Source: Leptotrichia sp. OH3620_COT-345
GTDB taxonomy: Bacteria > Fusobacteriota > Fusobacteriia > Fusobacteriales > Leptotrichiaceae
Reading direction: 5' to 3'
Assembly: GCF_003932895.1 (NCBI RefSeq)
Contig: NZ_RQYW01000006.1
Location: 113,243 to 137,242 of the forward strand
Length of the DNA: 24,000 nucleotides
The notes beneath the pieces are model-generated. The model ran no database searches and had not been told where the DNA came from. It was given only the letters and a program-made list of their open reading frames with translations. This document shows, one piece after another, positions 12,571-20,468 of this stretch. The position numbers and the translations under genes are program-made. Positions within the stretch are counted from its first letter, which is position 1. Every line of letters begins with the position of its first letter.

Positions 12571-13191
12571 AAAGATTGTGGAAGGAACAGGAAGTAATGA
12601 AAGAAGGCCGTAAAGAATATTATAAAGTTTTATATTCGGTATTATTGCTATAAATACTTTAAGGTTTTTTATTGAGTTAATTCTGCCAAGAGCCAAGTTT
12701 AATTTGATTATGACATTGTTTCCTTATTTTGTTATTGCATATATAATAAAAAAATAATTTACTATAAAAAGTAAAAAAATTATTAGTAATAACACATATA
12801 ATATTTTTATTTATGTTACTTTTTAGATTATGTTTATTATGTATAAAATTATATGATGTCTTTATAAAACAATAAAACTAATAATTATGACAGTTTTAAC
12901 AGATAAAAAAAATTAATTTTTTATCTTTATTACAGCATTACAACATAAACGATAAAGAAAATTGAAATTATGTCCATAATTTGGGTTAGATTTAATAATA
13001 ACGAAAAAGAGAATGATGAAAAAATTTAAAAAATATCGATAATTTCCAGAAAGATGGAAAGCTATTAACTGAAAATTATAGAAAACGATAGAGATAAAAG
13101 ATTATAGATTAATAATAGGTACGATGACAAATTAAGTATAATTGTAATTGATTTAGCTCGTAAAATAAAAATATATTAAGTAATAATTTTA

Positions 13192-13223
13192 ATCACAGTA
13201 TAAGAGCTGTGGTTTTTATATTT
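13192..13223 (+). terminator. Orphan intrinsic-terminator-like hairpin (no annotated gene upstream)
   Basis: Stem ATCACAG (13192-13198) paired with CTGTGGT (13207-13213): 7 bp including one G-U pair, with an 8-nt loop. It is followed by TTTTTATATTT on the + strand. The stem is short, so confidence is moderate. Confidence 0.4.
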
Positions 13224-13702
13224 ACAGATTTATTTTTTAGATGTTTATTTTAGAAATTATCTGTTTATTAAGTGTTGTTTTTTGAAAAAGATTCCGTTAA
13301 TTTTCATAAATTATCGTTTTTAGTATAAAACCAACGGCAATATCAAATCTGCTTTTATATTTGATTTAATTAGAATTTTAACTTATAAAATATAATTTCA
13401 ATAATTTTATGAAGTTTCAAAAAAATTATTTATAAAAGATTTTATTCTTTTCGTTTTATATTATTTTCTATTTAATCCGTTTATTTATTAATAACAATTT
13501 AGTATAATAAACTGAATAAATAAAAGAAATATATATTTTATCAATAAATAATAATGAATTAAAAAATATATATCACATATAAATACTTTGATTGATTTTT
13601 CTGATAATATTATGTTACAATAAATTTTAGAAAAATTTGTACTAAAAAAGAAAGAAAGCGTAATATTTAGTTAAAATTTGAGCGTAACAGGGATATGACA
13701 GA

Positions 13703-13783
13703 ATGAAAATAATAGACAAATTATTGAAGATTATTTCAAAATTTAAAAATAAAAAGAACCGGGATGAAGATACCCGGTCCTAA
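13703..13783 (+). CDS. Micro-ORF A, 26 aa, predicted cationic amphipathic peptide (speculative)
   Basis: ATG 13703 has AGGGA 9 nt upstream. Translation is MKIIDKLLKIISKFKNKKNRDEDTRS. The stop TAA (13781-13783) abuts the RBS of micro-ORF B. It is too short to score statistically. Confidence 0.2.
   Translation: MKIIDKLLKIISKFKNKKNRDEDTRS
13741..13780 (-). terminator. Minus-strand intrinsic-terminator-like hairpin (orphan; the window has no minus-strand gene)
   Basis: GC-rich stem ACCGGG (13758-13763) paired with CCCGGT (13773-13778), plus an outer G-C pair, with a 9-nt loop. On the minus strand the hairpin is followed by TTTTTATTTTTAAAT (reverse complement of 13741-13755). On the + strand it is followed by TAAAAGGAG, with no U-tract, so the orientation signal is minus. 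Confidence 0.5.
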
Positions 13784-13792
13784 AAGGAGTTT

Positions 13793-13882
13793 ATGAAGAA
13801 AAAAGTTTTCACTTTTTCTATTGGTCAAAAGTATTATACAATTATAATATTAGAATGTACTTTTCTCTATCTTTGCTTTTAA
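13793..13882 (+). CDS. Micro-ORF B, 29 aa, basic N-terminus plus hydrophobic/aromatic tail (speculative; type I toxin-like in shape)
   Basis: AAGGAG (13784-13789) precedes ATG 13793, though the spacing is only 3 nt. Translation is MKKKVFTFSIGQKYYTIIILECTFLYLCF. Its 5' half would be fully overlapped by the predicted minus-strand transcript ending at the 13741-13780 terminator. Confidence 0.2.
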   Translation: MKKKVFTFSIGQKYYTIIILECTFLYLCF

Positions 13883-13946
13883 TTTGAAAAGAAAAAATTT
13901 CATATGGTAATGAAATCTGTCTGAATTATTGATTTTAAAATATAAA

Positions 13947-13975
13947 ATGACAAATTGAGAAAAAAATAATATTAT
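13947..13975 (+). promoter_or_regulatory. Candidate promoter for the DD-carboxypeptidase gene
   Basis: ATGACA (13947-13952), a 17-nt spacer, then TATTAT (13970-13975), about 35 nt upstream of ATG 14012. AT-rich context makes chance matches likely. Confidence 0.3.
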
Positions 13976-14011
13976 GAAAGAATAAAATTTTATAGAAGGA
14001 CAAGAGGAAAA

Positions 14012-15082
14012 ATGAAAAATTTAAAAAAAATATTTATTATACTGATAATTTTTGCAATTTCATCATCTGTCTTTGCGGCAGGAGAAAATTATAACGATTA
14101 CAAAGCGATTTTAATGGGAGATATGGAAGGAAATATTGTCAAGGAGGAAAATGGTTATGCAGTAAGACCTTTGGCATCAGTTACAAAAGTTATGACAATA
14201 ATGTTGACTCTTGATAAAGTTCACAGTGGAGATATATCGCTTAATGACAGAGTTATTATTTCGGAAACTGCGGCGGCGGTTCCTTATGGAGTAAAATTGT
14301 CGGCAGGAGGACAGTATACAGTGAGAGATCTGCTTAAAGCTACTGCAATAAGATCTTCAAATAACGCAGCTTATGCTCTTGCAGAATATGTATCCGGAGG
14401 AAATGTCAATGAATTTGTAAATTCAATGAATCGTAAGGCAAAACAGTTCGGATGGGAATCATTAAGATTCTGTTCTCCTCACGGACTTCCCCCAAGTTAT
14501 ACGGGGTCTTGTATGGATCAGGGAAATGCAAGGGATTTATATAAAATGGCAATGTTGGCAGTAACTTATAAAGAGTATATGAACATTGCTAAAGAAGCTA
14601 TAGACTTTATAGATCACGGAAATATAAAACTCACAGCTACAAACCATCTTTTAGGAAAAGTTCGAGGCGTAGACGGATTAAAAACAGGATACCATAATGC
14701 TGCGGGTTCAAATATAATTTTAACTGCTGAAAGAAATAATCAAAGAATGATACTTGTTATTTTAGGTTCAGGGAAAGCTAAAAACAGGGATGCAATAGGT
14801 GAAAATCAGATAAATTATTACTACAGTGTACTCAACAATTCAACAAAAGTTATAGATAAAAATGAAATAGTAGCTTATGCAAGAATAGGAAATGACAGAT
14901 ACGGACTTTATCCTTCAGAAGATATTACTGTTAAGGGAAAAAACAGAGTGGGAAATTCAAAACTGACTTATAAAGTGGCTTTAAAAGACGGTGTTTCCAG
15001 AAAGGATATAGGTCAGATTGTAGGAACGTTTATTGCAACTGATGGAGTAAATGAATATACAGGCGCTTTGATAATGAAATAA
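14012..15082 (+). CDS. Serine-type D-alanyl-D-alanine carboxypeptidase (PBP5/DacA/DacF-like, peptidase S11) with signal peptide
   Basis: Sec signal peptide (MKNLKKIFIILIIFAISSSVFA/AG). Active-site triad of motifs: SVTK (SxxK), SSN (SxN) and KTG. A C-terminal PBP5-type beta domain is present. Confidence 0.9.
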   Translation: MKNLKKIFIILIIFAISSSVFAAGENYNDYKAILMGDMEGNIVKEENGYAVRPLASVTKVMTIMLTLDKVHSGDISLNDRVIISETAAAVPYGVKLSAGGQYTVRDLLKATAIRSSNNAAYALAEYVSGGNVNEFVNSMNRKAKQFGWESLRFCSPHGLPPSYTGSCMDQGNARDLYKMAMLAVTYKEYMNIAKEAIDFIDHGNIKLTATNHLLGKVRGVDGLKTGYHNAAGSNIILTAERNNQRMILVILGSGKAKNRDAIGENQINYYYSVLNNSTKVIDKNEIVAYARIGNDRYGLYPSEDITVKGKNRVGNSKLTYKVALKDGVSRKDIGQIVGTFIATDGVNEYTGALIMK

Positions 15083-15151
15083 TCATATACATATTTCAGA
15101 ATAGAACGAGTTGAAAAGCTTAAAAAAGTCAAAAAGAAAAGGTGAGAACAG

Positions 15152-15937
15152 ATGGCTATAGGGATTTTTGATTCCGGTGTGGGTGGACTTACTGTACTGA
15201 AAGAAATACGGAAGGTTTTACCTAATGAGAAAATATATTATTTAGGAGATACTGCAAGGGTTCCTTATGGTGAAAAGACAAAGGAGCTGATAATCAGATA
15301 TTCAAAACAGATTACGGAATTTCTTCTTGAAAAAAATACAGATGTTATTGTTGTAGCCTGTAATACAGCAACTTCACTGGCTTTGGAAGAATTGAACAGA
15401 ACTTTTAAAATACCGATTATAGGAGTAGTTGATGCTGGAGTTAAAACAGCCCTCGATACTACAAAAAACAGTAAAATAGGTGTAATCGGAACAAAAGCTA
15501 CAATACATTCAAAAAAATATGAAATTGAAATAAAAAAAAGAAACAGTAAAATGGAAGTATACTCAAAACCGTGTCCTTTATTTGTTCCGGTTATTGAAGA
15601 AGGAATAGTGGAAGGTGAAATAGTAAATCAGCTTGTGAAGATGTATCTTGATGAATTTGAAGGAAAAATTGATTCTTTGATTTTAGGCTGTACTCACTAT
15701 CCTCTTTTAAAGAGTACAATTAAAAATATTTATCCTGACATAGAAATAGTTGATCCTGCAAAAGAAACCGCTACAGACTTGAAGAAAATCCTTATAAGTA
15801 AAAATCTGATGAAAAACGACGGTGAAAAAGGATTTGAAACTAAATATTATGTCACTGACGGACAGGAAAAATTTAGAAAAATAGGGACAATGTTTTTAAA
15901 TGAAAAAATTAATTGCGTAGAGCTTGTAAAATTATAG
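15152..15937 (+). CDS. murI: Glutamate racemase
   Basis: IGIFDSGVGGLTVLKEI, the two catalytic Cys motifs VVACNTAT and LGCTHYPLL, and YLGDTARVPYG. Confidence 0.95.
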   Translation: MAIGIFDSGVGGLTVLKEIRKVLPNEKIYYLGDTARVPYGEKTKELIIRYSKQITEFLLEKNTDVIVVACNTATSLALEELNRTFKIPIIGVVDAGVKTALDTTKNSKIGVIGTKATIHSKKYEIEIKKRNSKMEVYSKPCPLFVPVIEEGIVEGEIVNQLVKMYLDEFEGKIDSLILGCTHYPLLKSTIKNIYPDIEIVDPAKETATDLKKILISKNLMKNDGEKGFETKYYVTDGQEKFRKIGTMFLNEKINCVELVKL

Positions 15938-15979
15938 AAAGTAGAAAGGAGAGATACGTATAAAGCGTATAATATAAAA

Positions 15980-16615
15980 ATGTTTGAGTATATATTCGGT
16001 GAACTGACAGTAAAAAAAATAGATTATGTAGCATTAAATATTAACGGACTGGCATATAAAATATTTATATCTTTAAAAACTTTTGAAGCTTTGGGAGAAA
16101 TAAAACAGGATGAAAAACTGTACATACATACTCATGTTAAAGAAGATGATATTTCTCTTTACGGATTTAAAACGGAAAATGAAAGGGAACTTTTTAAAGC
16201 CTTAATCAGTACTAACGGAGTCGGTCCCAAACTGGGATTGGCGATTTTATCCACATATAATGTAAAGGATGTTATAGATATTGTTATTGAAAGCAACTCA
16301 AAGTTATTTACTAAAGTTCCGGGACTTGGAGATAAAAAAGCACAGAAAATAATACTGGATTTAAAGGATAAAGTTAAAAAACTGAATATTATGGAAGCAT
16401 ATAATGAAAATATTTCCAAAGGGAAGTCTGTAATTTCGGATACTTCAAATACACAAGTTCTGTTAATGAAGGAAGATATAAAACTGGCGTTGGAATCATT
16501 GGGATATGTAAATGCAGATGTTTCCAAATGGATAAAAGATGAAGAATTGTCCAAAATAAATGACATAGGAGATGCTATAAAATCAATATTGCAGAAAATA
16601 CAAAATAAAAAATAA
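15980..16615 (+). CDS. ruvA: Holliday junction branch migration complex subunit RuvA
   Basis: N-terminal OB fold (MFEYIFGEL....IDYVALNINGLAYKIFIS), two helix-hairpin-helix motifs (TNGVGPKLGLAILS and VPGLGDKKAQKIILDLK), and a C-terminal domain III. Confidence 0.93.
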   Translation: MFEYIFGELTVKKIDYVALNINGLAYKIFISLKTFEALGEIKQDEKLYIHTHVKEDDISLYGFKTENERELFKALISTNGVGPKLGLAILSTYNVKDVIDIVIESNSKLFTKVPGLGDKKAQKIILDLKDKVKKLNIMEAYNENISKGKSVISDTSNTQVLLMKEDIKLALESLGYVNADVSKWIKDEELSKINDIGDAIKSILQKIQNKK

Positions 16616-16630
16616 TATGGAGGTAATTTT

Positions 16631-17380
16631 GTGGCGGGACATAGTAAATGGGCGAATATCCAACATAGAAAAGGAAGACAGGATAAAATAAGAGGGAAAA
16701 TATTTACAAGATTAGGGAAAGAGCTGACTATTGCCGCAAGAATTGGCGGTGGGAATCCCGATTTCAATCCGAGATTAAGGCTTGCTATAGATAAAGCAAA
16801 AGTTGCAAATATGTCTAAAGATACTATTGAAAGAGCTATAAAAAAAGGAACAGGTGAGCTTGAAGGTGTAGACTATATTGAAATAAGATATGAAGGTTAC
16901 GGTCCCGGAGGAGTTGCATTTTTAGTAGATGTAGTAACCGATAATAAAAACAGATCGGCTTCCACTGTAAGAATGAATTTTTCAAGAAATGACGGAAATC
17001 TTGGAGAAACAGGCTCCGTTGTATTTATGTTTGAGAGAAAAGGAATTCTGGAATTTGAAAAAGGGAAAATTGACGAAGAAAAATTAATGGAAGCAGCACT
17101 TGAAGCAGGGGCTGAAGATGTTATTGAAAAGGAAAATTCAATAATTGTTGTAACAGATCCTAATGATTTTGAAAAAGTAAAGGAAGAGCTTGAAAAATCA
17201 GAACTGAAAATAGAAGAAGCTGAAATAACCATGTATCCTCAAAATGAAATAGAAATAACAGATAAAGAAACGGCGGTTAAAATATTGAAATTGTATGATG
17301 ATTTGGAAGACAATGAAGATGTGCAGGAAATATACTCGAATTTCAATATTAGCGACGAAATTTTAAGTAAAATGGAATAA
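16631..17380 (+). CDS. yebC: YebC/PmpR family DNA-binding transcriptional regulator
   Basis: Hallmark N-terminus MAGHSKWANIQHRKGRQD, then NPRLRLAIDKAK..NM.KDTIERAIKKG and YEGYGPGGVA. GTG start with GGAGG 7 nt upstream. Confidence 0.93.
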   Translation: MAGHSKWANIQHRKGRQDKIRGKIFTRLGKELTIAARIGGGNPDFNPRLRLAIDKAKVANMSKDTIERAIKKGTGELEGVDYIEIRYEGYGPGGVAFLVDVVTDNKNRSASTVRMNFSRNDGNLGETGSVVFMFERKGILEFEKGKIDEEKLMEAALEAGAEDVIEKENSIIVVTDPNDFEKVKEELEKSELKIEEAEITMYPQNEIEITDKETAVKILKLYDDLEDNEDVQEIYSNFNISDEILSKME

Positions 17381-17697
17381 AATCGCAAATTTTAAACTGG
17401 AGGTTGTTTTCAGAGGATTTTTTGTTTGATGAGTTTTATTCTATATAACTTATATGAGAACTGTAATTTTATATAAATTATTTTATAAATTAAAAATAAT
17501 TCTCTAAACTTAAACAATATGTGATTTAAAAAAATAAAAATTGCTGTTTCTACTGATTTTATAAAAAATAAAAATCTATAATTTGATAAACTTCTAACTT
17601 ATAAAACAGCTTTTAACTTTGATTAGGTTTTTAAAAGAGATTTACCAGAATTAAAAAGAAAGTATAAAAAATTTTTCAATAAGTCAGAAAACATATT

Positions 17698-17727
17698 AAA
17701 TTATAAAATTTATATATTTTATAATTT
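17698..17727. repeat. 30-bp near-perfect all-A/T palindrome in the nag operon upstream region
   Basis: AAATTATAAAATTTATATATTTTATAATTT is self-complementary except for one central pair (17710/17715). The sequence is directly visible; its function is unknown. Confidence 0.6.
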
Positions 17728-17943
17728 TTATGAATTAGATAAAATATAAAAATTAGTGAAGACAATAATTTTGTAATAAAAAAGTTATTTATAGTTTCAA
17801 AAATATTTTTTTAAATGAAAAAAAATTTGAAAAAAATTAACAGTAAAAAAATAATTTTCTTTTTTAATATTGAAAATAAAGGGATTGAATTAATGTTTCA
17901 AGAATGAGTTAAAAAAATATATTTAAAAAAATAAATTTGAATA

Positions 17944-17971
17944 TTGACATAATTCTAATCTGATATATAAT
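17944..17971 (+). promoter_or_regulatory. Consensus sigma-70 promoter of the PTS-nagB-nagA operon
   Basis: TTGACA (17944-17949), a 16-nt spacer, then TATAAT (17966-17971). A TG lies at 17961-17962 (TGATATATAAT). The promoter is about 90 nt upstream of the PTS start. Confidence 0.65.
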
Positions 17972-18060
17972 ATAAATAAAATGAGTTTATATTCTTTATA
18001 AATTTATAAGAAGTTTATTAAGAAGTATGAATAAAAAAGTAGAAAGTGAGTTGGTTTAAT

Positions 18061-19488
18061 ATGATGAAGTATTTACAAAGGATTGGTAAATCTTTGATGT
18101 TGCCTGTGGCAGTTTTACCTGCAGCGGCAATTTTACTGGGGATAGGTTATAGACTTGACCCTACAGGTTGGGGAGCAAATAGTCCTATGGCAGCTTTTTT
18201 GATTAAGTCGGGGGCTTCTATATTGGATAACATGGCTATATTATTTGCGGTAGGTATAGCGGTAGGAATGTCCAAAGATAGAGACGGTTCTTCTGCACTG
18301 GCAGGATTGGTAGGATTTTTAGTAATAACAACATTGTTATCAAAAGATTCGGTTGCTGTTTTGACGAAAGTATCTCCGGATGAGGTATCAAGAGCTTTCG
18401 GTAAAATAAATAATCCATTTATAGGTATATTATCAGGAACAATAGCAGCAGAGATATACAATAGATTTTATAAGACTCAATTACCCATGGCATTGGCATT
18501 TTTCAGCGGGAAAAGACTTGTTCCTATATTGACTGCAACTGCAATGCTTGTGTTGTCACCTGTACTGTTCTTTACATGGCCTGTAATATTTGGAGCATTG
18601 GTAGCTTTTGGAGAGTCATTTTTAAAACTGGGACCGTTAGGAGCAGGGATATTTGGATTTTTCAACAGATTACTGATTCCTTTAGGTTTACATCACGCTT
18701 TAAATGCTGTATTCTGGTTTGACATAGCAGGAATAAATGATATAGGAAACTTCTTAGGAGGAACGGGGACAAAAGGAATAACGGGTATGTATCAGGCAGG
18801 ATATTTCCCTATTATGATGTTCGGACTTCCTGCAGCGGCATTTGCGATGTATCAAGCAGCAAAACCTGAGAAAAAAGAACAGGTAGCTTCATTAATGTTG
18901 GCAGCGGGGGTTACGTCATTTGTAACCGGAGTAACTGAACCTCTTGAATTTGCGTTTATGTTTGTAGCACCGTTATTATATGTTGTTCATGCAGTTTTAA
19001 CAGGAATCAGTATGTTTATATCTGCACTTTTCGGTTGGACTGCGGGCTTCGGATTCAGTGCGGGACTTATTGATTTCACTCTAACTTCAGGAATGCCTAT
19101 GGCGAGCAGACCTTTTATGTTGATAATTCAAGGTCTTGTATTCGGTGTAATTTATTATTTAATGTTTAAAGTACTGATAGCCAAGCTTAATTTGATGACA
19201 CCGGGAAGAGAAGAAGATAATGATGATGAAGTCAATATAGAATCATCAAACAGTAATCATGCCGAAGTGGCGAAAATTATATATGAAGCATTAGGCGGAA
19301 AAGAAAATATAGTTTCAGTGGATAACTGTGCCACGAGATTAAGACTTGAAGTAAAAGATTCAACATTAATTGAAGATAAAAAAATAAAACAGGTAGCAGC
19401 AGGAATAATGAAGCCTTCAAAAACAAGTGTACAAGTAGTTATAGGGCCTCTTGTGGAATTTGTTGCCGATGAAATGAAAAAATTATAA
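18061..19488 (+). CDS. nagE: PTS sugar transporter subunit EIICB, glucose/N-acetylglucosamine family (probably GlcNAc-specific; no EIIA domain)
   Basis: EIIC N-terminus LQRIGKSLMLPVAVLPAAAILLGIG, multiple TM helices, and conserved GLHH and GITEPLEF-like motifs (GVTEPLEFAFMF). The C-terminal EIIB has the phospho-Cys motif VDNCATRLRLEV. Specificity is inferred from nagB-nagA downstream. The ORF is open from GTG 18046, but ATG 18061 matches the family N-terminus better. Confidence 0.87.
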   Translation: MMKYLQRIGKSLMLPVAVLPAAAILLGIGYRLDPTGWGANSPMAAFLIKSGASILDNMAILFAVGIAVGMSKDRDGSSALAGLVGFLVITTLLSKDSVAVLTKVSPDEVSRAFGKINNPFIGILSGTIAAEIYNRFYKTQLPMALAFFSGKRLVPILTATAMLVLSPVLFFTWPVIFGALVAFGESFLKLGPLGAGIFGFFNRLLIPLGLHHALNAVFWFDIAGINDIGNFLGGTGTKGITGMYQAGYFPIMMFGLPAAAFAMYQAAKPEKKEQVASLMLAAGVTSFVTGVTEPLEFAFMFVAPLLYVVHAVLTGISMFISALFGWTAGFGFSAGLIDFTLTSGMPMASRPFMLIIQGLVFGVIYYLMFKVLIAKLNLMTPGREEDNDDEVNIESSNSNHAEVAKIIYEALGGKENIVSVDNCATRLRLEVKDSTLIEDKKIKQVAAGIMKPSKTSVQVVIGPLVEFVADEMKKL

Positions 19489-19499
19489 AATATTTATAT

Positions 19500-19542
19500 T
19501 CTGCGTATTTTTGTAGCCGCTTTAAGATACGGAAACCGCAGA
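19500..19542 (+). other. Intercistronic stem-loop A between the PTS gene and nagB
   Basis: TCTGCG (19500-19505) pairs with CGCAGA (19537-19542). The stem can extend imperfectly inward (TTT at 19508-19510 with AAG at 19532-19534). No U-tract follows. Confidence 0.3.
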
Positions 19543-19553
19543 TATTTGGAAAT

Positions 19554-19577
19554 ATGAGGGCTGCAATAAGCCCTCAT
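19554..19577 (+). terminator. Intercistronic stem-loop B; possible weak or partial terminator, or an mRNA-processing or stabilising hairpin upstream of nagB
   Basis: Perfect 9-bp GC-rich stem ATGAGGGCT (19554-19562) with AGCCCTCAT (19569-19577) and a 6-nt loop. It is followed by TTTAAAAGTTT, a poor U-tract. It ends 13 nt before the nagB RBS GGAGGG. Confidence 0.45.
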
Positions 19578-19599
19578 TTAAAAGTTTGTAGGAGGGAAT

Positions 19600-20433
19600 A
19601 TGAGAGTCATAATTTTGAAAAATAAAGATGAAATAGGAAAATGGAGTGCTTATCAAATAGTAAAGAAGATACTGAAATTTTCTCCCACTCCTGAAAACCC
19701 TTTTGTTTTAGGATTACCTACAGGTTCAACACCATTGGAAACATACAGAGAACTTATAAATCTGTATAATGAAGGGATTATTTCATTTGAAAATGTAATA
19801 ACTTTCAATATGGATGAATATGTAGGACTGTCACCTGAGCATAAACAAAGTTATCATTACTTTATGCACGAAAACCTGTTCAAGCATATTGATATAAGGA
19901 CTGAAAATATAAATATACTTGACGGACTTGCAGAAAATCTGACAGAGGAGTGTCAGAGATATGAAGATAAAATAAAAAGTGCAGGAGGGATAAAATTGTT
20001 TCTCGGAGGAATAGGGGAAGACGGACACATTGCATTTAATGAGCCGGGGTCATCCCTTGCTTCAAGAACGAGGGATAAAGAACTGACCTATGATACTATT
20101 CTGGCAAATTCAAGATTTTTTGACAATGATGTAAATAAAGTCCCTAAGTTGGCTTTAACTGTAGGAGTGGGAACTCTTATGGATTCAAAAGAAATAATGA
20201 TACTTGCCGAAGGATATAAAAAAGCAAGAGCAGTATATCACGGAATAGAAGGAGGAGTAAATCATCTGTGGACAGTATCGGCACTTCAGCTTCATAGAAG
20301 AGCTATTCTTGTTATTGATGAGTCGGCTGCTTCAGACATAAAAGTCAAGACATACAGATATTTTAAAGAAATAGAAGCTCATAATCTTGATTTAGAAAGA
20401 TGTAAGCAAGAAATAAAAGGTTTAAAGAAATAA
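19600..20433 (+). CDS. nagB: Glucosamine-6-phosphate deaminase
   Basis: [18 protein letters not shown] and [26 protein letters not shown] upstream. Confidence 0.95.
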   Translation: MRVIILKNKDEIGKWSAYQIVKKILKFSPTPENPFVLGLPTGSTPLETYRELINLYNEGIISFENVITFNMDEYVGLSPEHKQSYHYFMHENLFKHIDIRTENINILDGLAENLTEECQRYEDKIKSAGGIKLFLGGIGEDGHIAFNEPGSSLASRTRDKELTYDTILANSRFFDNDVNKVPKLALTVGVGTLMDSKEIMILAEGYKKARAVYHGIEGGVNHLWTVSALQLHRRAILVIDESAASDIKVKTYRYFKEIEAHNLDLERCKQEIKGLKK

Positions 20434-20468
20434 TTTATATAAAAATAAACTTGGAGGGAGGAAATATT

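Noticed and set aside
12300-12600. Replication origin or DnaA-box cluster in the AT-rich gap
   Set aside because: Only partial matches to TTATCCACA occur, for example TTATCCGAT at 12372-12380 (6/9) and TGTGGAAAT near 12485 (7/9 on the complement form). There is no cluster and no dnaA or dnaN nearby.
12469-12696. 75-aa minus-strand ORF in the gap, overlapping the 68-aa + ORF
   Set aside because: It uses a TTG start without an RBS and has a hydrophobic, low-complexity sequence. It overlaps the more protein-like + strand ORF and is most likely its shadow. I cannot exclude it completely.
12079-14011. Structured RNA gene (SRP RNA next to ffh, tmRNA, RNase P, 6S, tRNA) or CRISPR array in the gap
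   Set aside because: No GC-rich block of about 75-400 nt is present. The SRP domain IV signature (GUCAGGUCCGGAAGGAAGCAGC-like), a tRNA T-arm/acceptor pattern and a tmRNA 3' end are all absent. No regularly spaced direct repeats are visible. Only a covariance-model scan could exclude these fully.
16159-16767. 202-aa minus-strand ORF antisense to ruvA and yebC
   Set aside because: It shows the same antisense-shadow signature (S/F/L/I/P-rich, no motifs, no RBS). It spans two real + strand genes and their junction.
17381-17440. Terminator after yebC (CTGGAGGTTGTTTTCAGAGGATTTTTTG)
   Set aside because: A T-run is present, but I could not find a stable complementary stem preceding it.
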